In this document: positions 61,488 to 64,000 of the stretch, one piece after another
How positions within the stretch are numbered: the stretch's first letter is position 1
How the letters are laid out: the number at the start of each line of letters is the position of its first letter
DNA from: Schmidtea polychroa
Lineage: Eukaryota
Assembly (NCBI GenBank): GCA_044892525.1
Contig: CM097885.1
Location: 43,402,001 to 43,466,000, forward strand
Length of the DNA: 64,000 nt
Reading direction: 5' to 3'
The notes under the pieces: model-generated
Seen by the model: the letters and a program-made list of their open reading frames with translations, nothing else
Told to the model about the DNA's origin: nothing
Databases searched by the model: none
Program-made: the position numbers and the translations under genes

Positions 61488-62320
61488 GTTGAGTATAGGC
61501 TCGTTGGATGCTTGCATAGGTGTAGATTAAATAAATATTATAAATAGAATGTACATTATAATAATTACTTCAAATAACAAAAAGAAATAAGTGAACCTAT
61601 ATTTAGCAATTAAATATTACTGAAAATAAGCTGAATTAGTTTTTGAATATAAATAGTAATTAATAAATAGTAATTATAAATAGTAATTAATAAAAATAGT
61701 AAATTTCGATTTATACTTTTAGTATATAAAGTCATATTTCAAATAGTAGAGGCGATAAAATTATAGTGAAAAGCAAAAGCAAGTCAAACGTAAAATAAAT
61801 ATTTATACGTATAGTGAATTGCGGAAATCATAAACACAAATCAAAAATTTTAAGTTATTAAGTTATTATATTTCATTAAATCTGCTTATATGAACAAATA
61901 TTCTTGGGACATTTTCTTTTTATAAATGTTAATTTCTACCAAATATCAACATATCACATTCATACTTGAATTGCAATTTTATTAAAAATTATTTTATTTC
62001 TAAATTAAAATTAAAATATTCATTTTAAAAATATTCATTTTAATTTTAAACCCTTTTAATTCTAATATATTTAAAATAATTTAAGTTTCACTTTTAATTT
62101 TAGAAAATTTAATGAAATAATTTTAATTTAACATTTTAATTTTAACTCCTCACAACGTCGATTCTTCAAAATATCTTAACATAAATTCATATTACAAAAA
62201 ATCCCTAAGATCTAAAATTTTCTACCTGCTGATAAACATAAATGAATAACTAACCCCTTTTTGAAAACTGTATTAAGAATTGAAACCAATGTGTTCAAAT
62301 AACCTAGAAAACATTTTGTT

Positions 62321-64000
62321 ATGTATACGATGAGATTGAAATGGCTCAACTTCTATAAATGTATCTTTTATGATAACATTGGTAAATTTTTTATTTGCAG
62401 CCTATCACAAGAAGATGTGATGAAAATATTCGATGAAATATCTCAAAATTCTTTAAATGTTTCTCACTTGTACAATGGAGATTTCGTGAACTTAATAAAT
62501 GGAAATGAATATTTATCTAAAAGACATTTGTTTCAATTGTTAAATCTAATAAATACATATATAGAAAATAATAGAGATAGTAGATCAGTCAAAGATATTT
62601 TTACGATTTTGTCGGAATCTGAATTTATGACTAAAACAGTGCAAAAAATAATCGAAAAATGTTTCTTTGAGATGTTACAAAATTTTGAAATGGAAATCTT
62701 ATTAATATTTTTCATTTATTACATATTTGAATTTCCAAAATATTTCTTTGAAAATTTGATGCATTTATATTCTTCATTGTTTATGTCCAGTGAAAGCTTT
62801 CAAGACCGTCAAATTAAGATGTTAAGAGAAAAATTAAAAAATACATTTGAAGATGGCAAGGAGTCAATCAACAATGGGTCTAAAAATGCTTCTATTTCAG
62901 TGAATTCCTGTCAACATAATCATGAAGCTTTTCGTGAAATATCAATTATTCCGCAATCTGAAGACATATTTTGTCTGAATGAGGAAGTTGAGTTATTTTG
63001 CAATAAATTTTCTGAGAATTCAGTTTCTGAGAATAAGTATGAAACAGTTGATGAATATTTAAGTACACAATTTCGATTGCTGAGAGAAGATTTTATTCGT
63101 CCTCTCCGCGAGAGTATTGGGAAAATTCGTCAAAATCTTTTAAGTTATAGCAAATTAACACCAAGAGATATTCAGGTTAGAATTTATGAGGATGTTGAAA
63201 TTGAACGTTTATTACCATCAAGAAATGGTATAGTATACAAAATCAAATTTGATTTATCCAAAATTCCCGCAAAAATGAATTGGCAAAAATCCCGTCGATT
63301 TATTCATGGATCTTTATTATGTTTTACTAATAATTTCTTTGACTCAATTTCCTTTGCATCAGTTATTGAAAGTGATCCTAAATTGCTATCGAAAGGCAAT
63401 GTAATGGTTCGATTTGAAAATGATCCAATTCTAGAAATTCTGACTAATAATAAATTTATGATGCTGGAAACTAAGAATCTTTTCGAAGCATACAGACACG
63501 TTTTACATAAATTACAGAAATTTAATTTGACGACTCTGCCATTTTCAGATTATTTGGCATACTCAGAAAATGTTGTTAGTAGTCCAAAGTTTATGAGTCC
63601 TAACGACATTGACAAAATTGCAATATTAAATAGAAACGATGGAGAATTGGATGATTCTCAATTGCCAGCACTTATTAATTCATTAAAATCAAAATTATCT
63701 TTGATTCAAGGTCCACCAGGAACTGGGAAAACATTCTTAGGTTTAAAAATTATCAAATATCTATCAAATAATTTTCAACAGGAATTTAATTCTATTGGTC
63801 CAATATTAGTTGTGTGCTACACCAATCACGCGTTGGATCAATTTCTAATAGACATTATTTCGGAATTGGGCGAACAGAATGTCATTAGAGTAGGCGGAAG
63901 AAGTAAAATAGAAAGTATGAAAAATTGTAACATTAACACTATCAAATGGCAATGGGTGCAGAAAAAACGTTTTCCACATGAAATTTTTAAAGCGAGTGTC
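62321..64000 (+). CDS. ZNFX1: NFX1-type zinc finger-containing protein 1 (ZNFX1)-like SF1 RNA helicase, partial; long exon probably starts at acceptor 62400/62401
   Basis: Open to window end: FREISIIP, YLSTQFRLLREDFIRPLR, VRIYEDV, WQKSRRFIHGSLLC, FEAYRHVL, LDDSQ...LSLIQGPPGTGKTFLG, PILVVCYTNHALDQFL, IRVGGRSK. Confidence 0.93.
   Translation, partial: MYTMRLKWLNFYKCIFYDNIGKFFICSLSQEDVMKIFDEISQNSLNVSHLYNGDFVNLINGNEYLSKRHLFQLLNLINTYIENNRDSRSVKDIFTILSESEFMTKTVQKIIEKCFFEMLQNFEMEILLIFFIYYIFEFPKYFFENLMHLYSSLFMSSESFQDRQIKMLREKLKNTFEDGKESINNGSKNASISVNSCQHNHEAFREISIIPQSEDIFCLNEEVELFCNKFSENSVSENKYETVDEYLSTQFRLLREDFIRPLRESIGKIRQNLLSYSKLTPRDIQVRIYEDVEIERLLPSRNGIVYKIKFDLSKIPAKMNWQKSRRFIHGSLLCFTNNFFDSISFASVIESDPKLLSKGNVMVRFENDPILEILTNNKFMMLETKNLFEAYRHVLHKLQKFNLTTLPFSDYLAYSENVVSSPKFMSPNDIDKIAILNRNDGELDDSQLPALINSLKSKLSLIQGPPGTGKTFLGLKIIKYLSNNFQQEFNSIGPILVVCYTNHALDQFLIDIISELGEQNVIRVGGRSKIESMKNCNINTIKWQWVQKKRFPHEIFKASV

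Overview
AT-rich eukaryotic (invertebrate-like) genomic DNA with very short (40-55 nt) spliceosomal introns and many transposons. Host genes: a 3-unit polyubiquitin (12783-13469), a 7-exon geranylgeranyltransferase-I beta gene (PGGT1B, minus strand, 22927-27831) and a ZNFX1-type SF1 helicase running off the right end (about 62321-64000). ZNFX1 probably begins with a chain of in-frame micro-exons at 37500. The centrepiece is a 16.9-kb Maverick/Polinton endogenous virus (39396-56301) with a 6-bp TSD and 1.7-1.9-kb TIRs. It encodes pPolB, adenain protease, major capsid protein, two tandem minor capsid genes, a chromodomain integrase, a packaging ATPase and small core-like proteins. Unusually, it also encodes a TATA-box-binding-protein homologue and has spliceosomal introns in several genes. 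A decayed inverted relative (58215-61487) and a polB relic (about 18.8-19.5 kb) are also present. Other elements: a near-complete Gypsy LTR element with 115-bp LTRs, Buster/hAT transposons and MITEs, a MULE derivative, a Penelope fragment and two distantly homologous orphan coiled-coil ORFs. All calls come from reading and translating the sequence by eye; no database searches were run.
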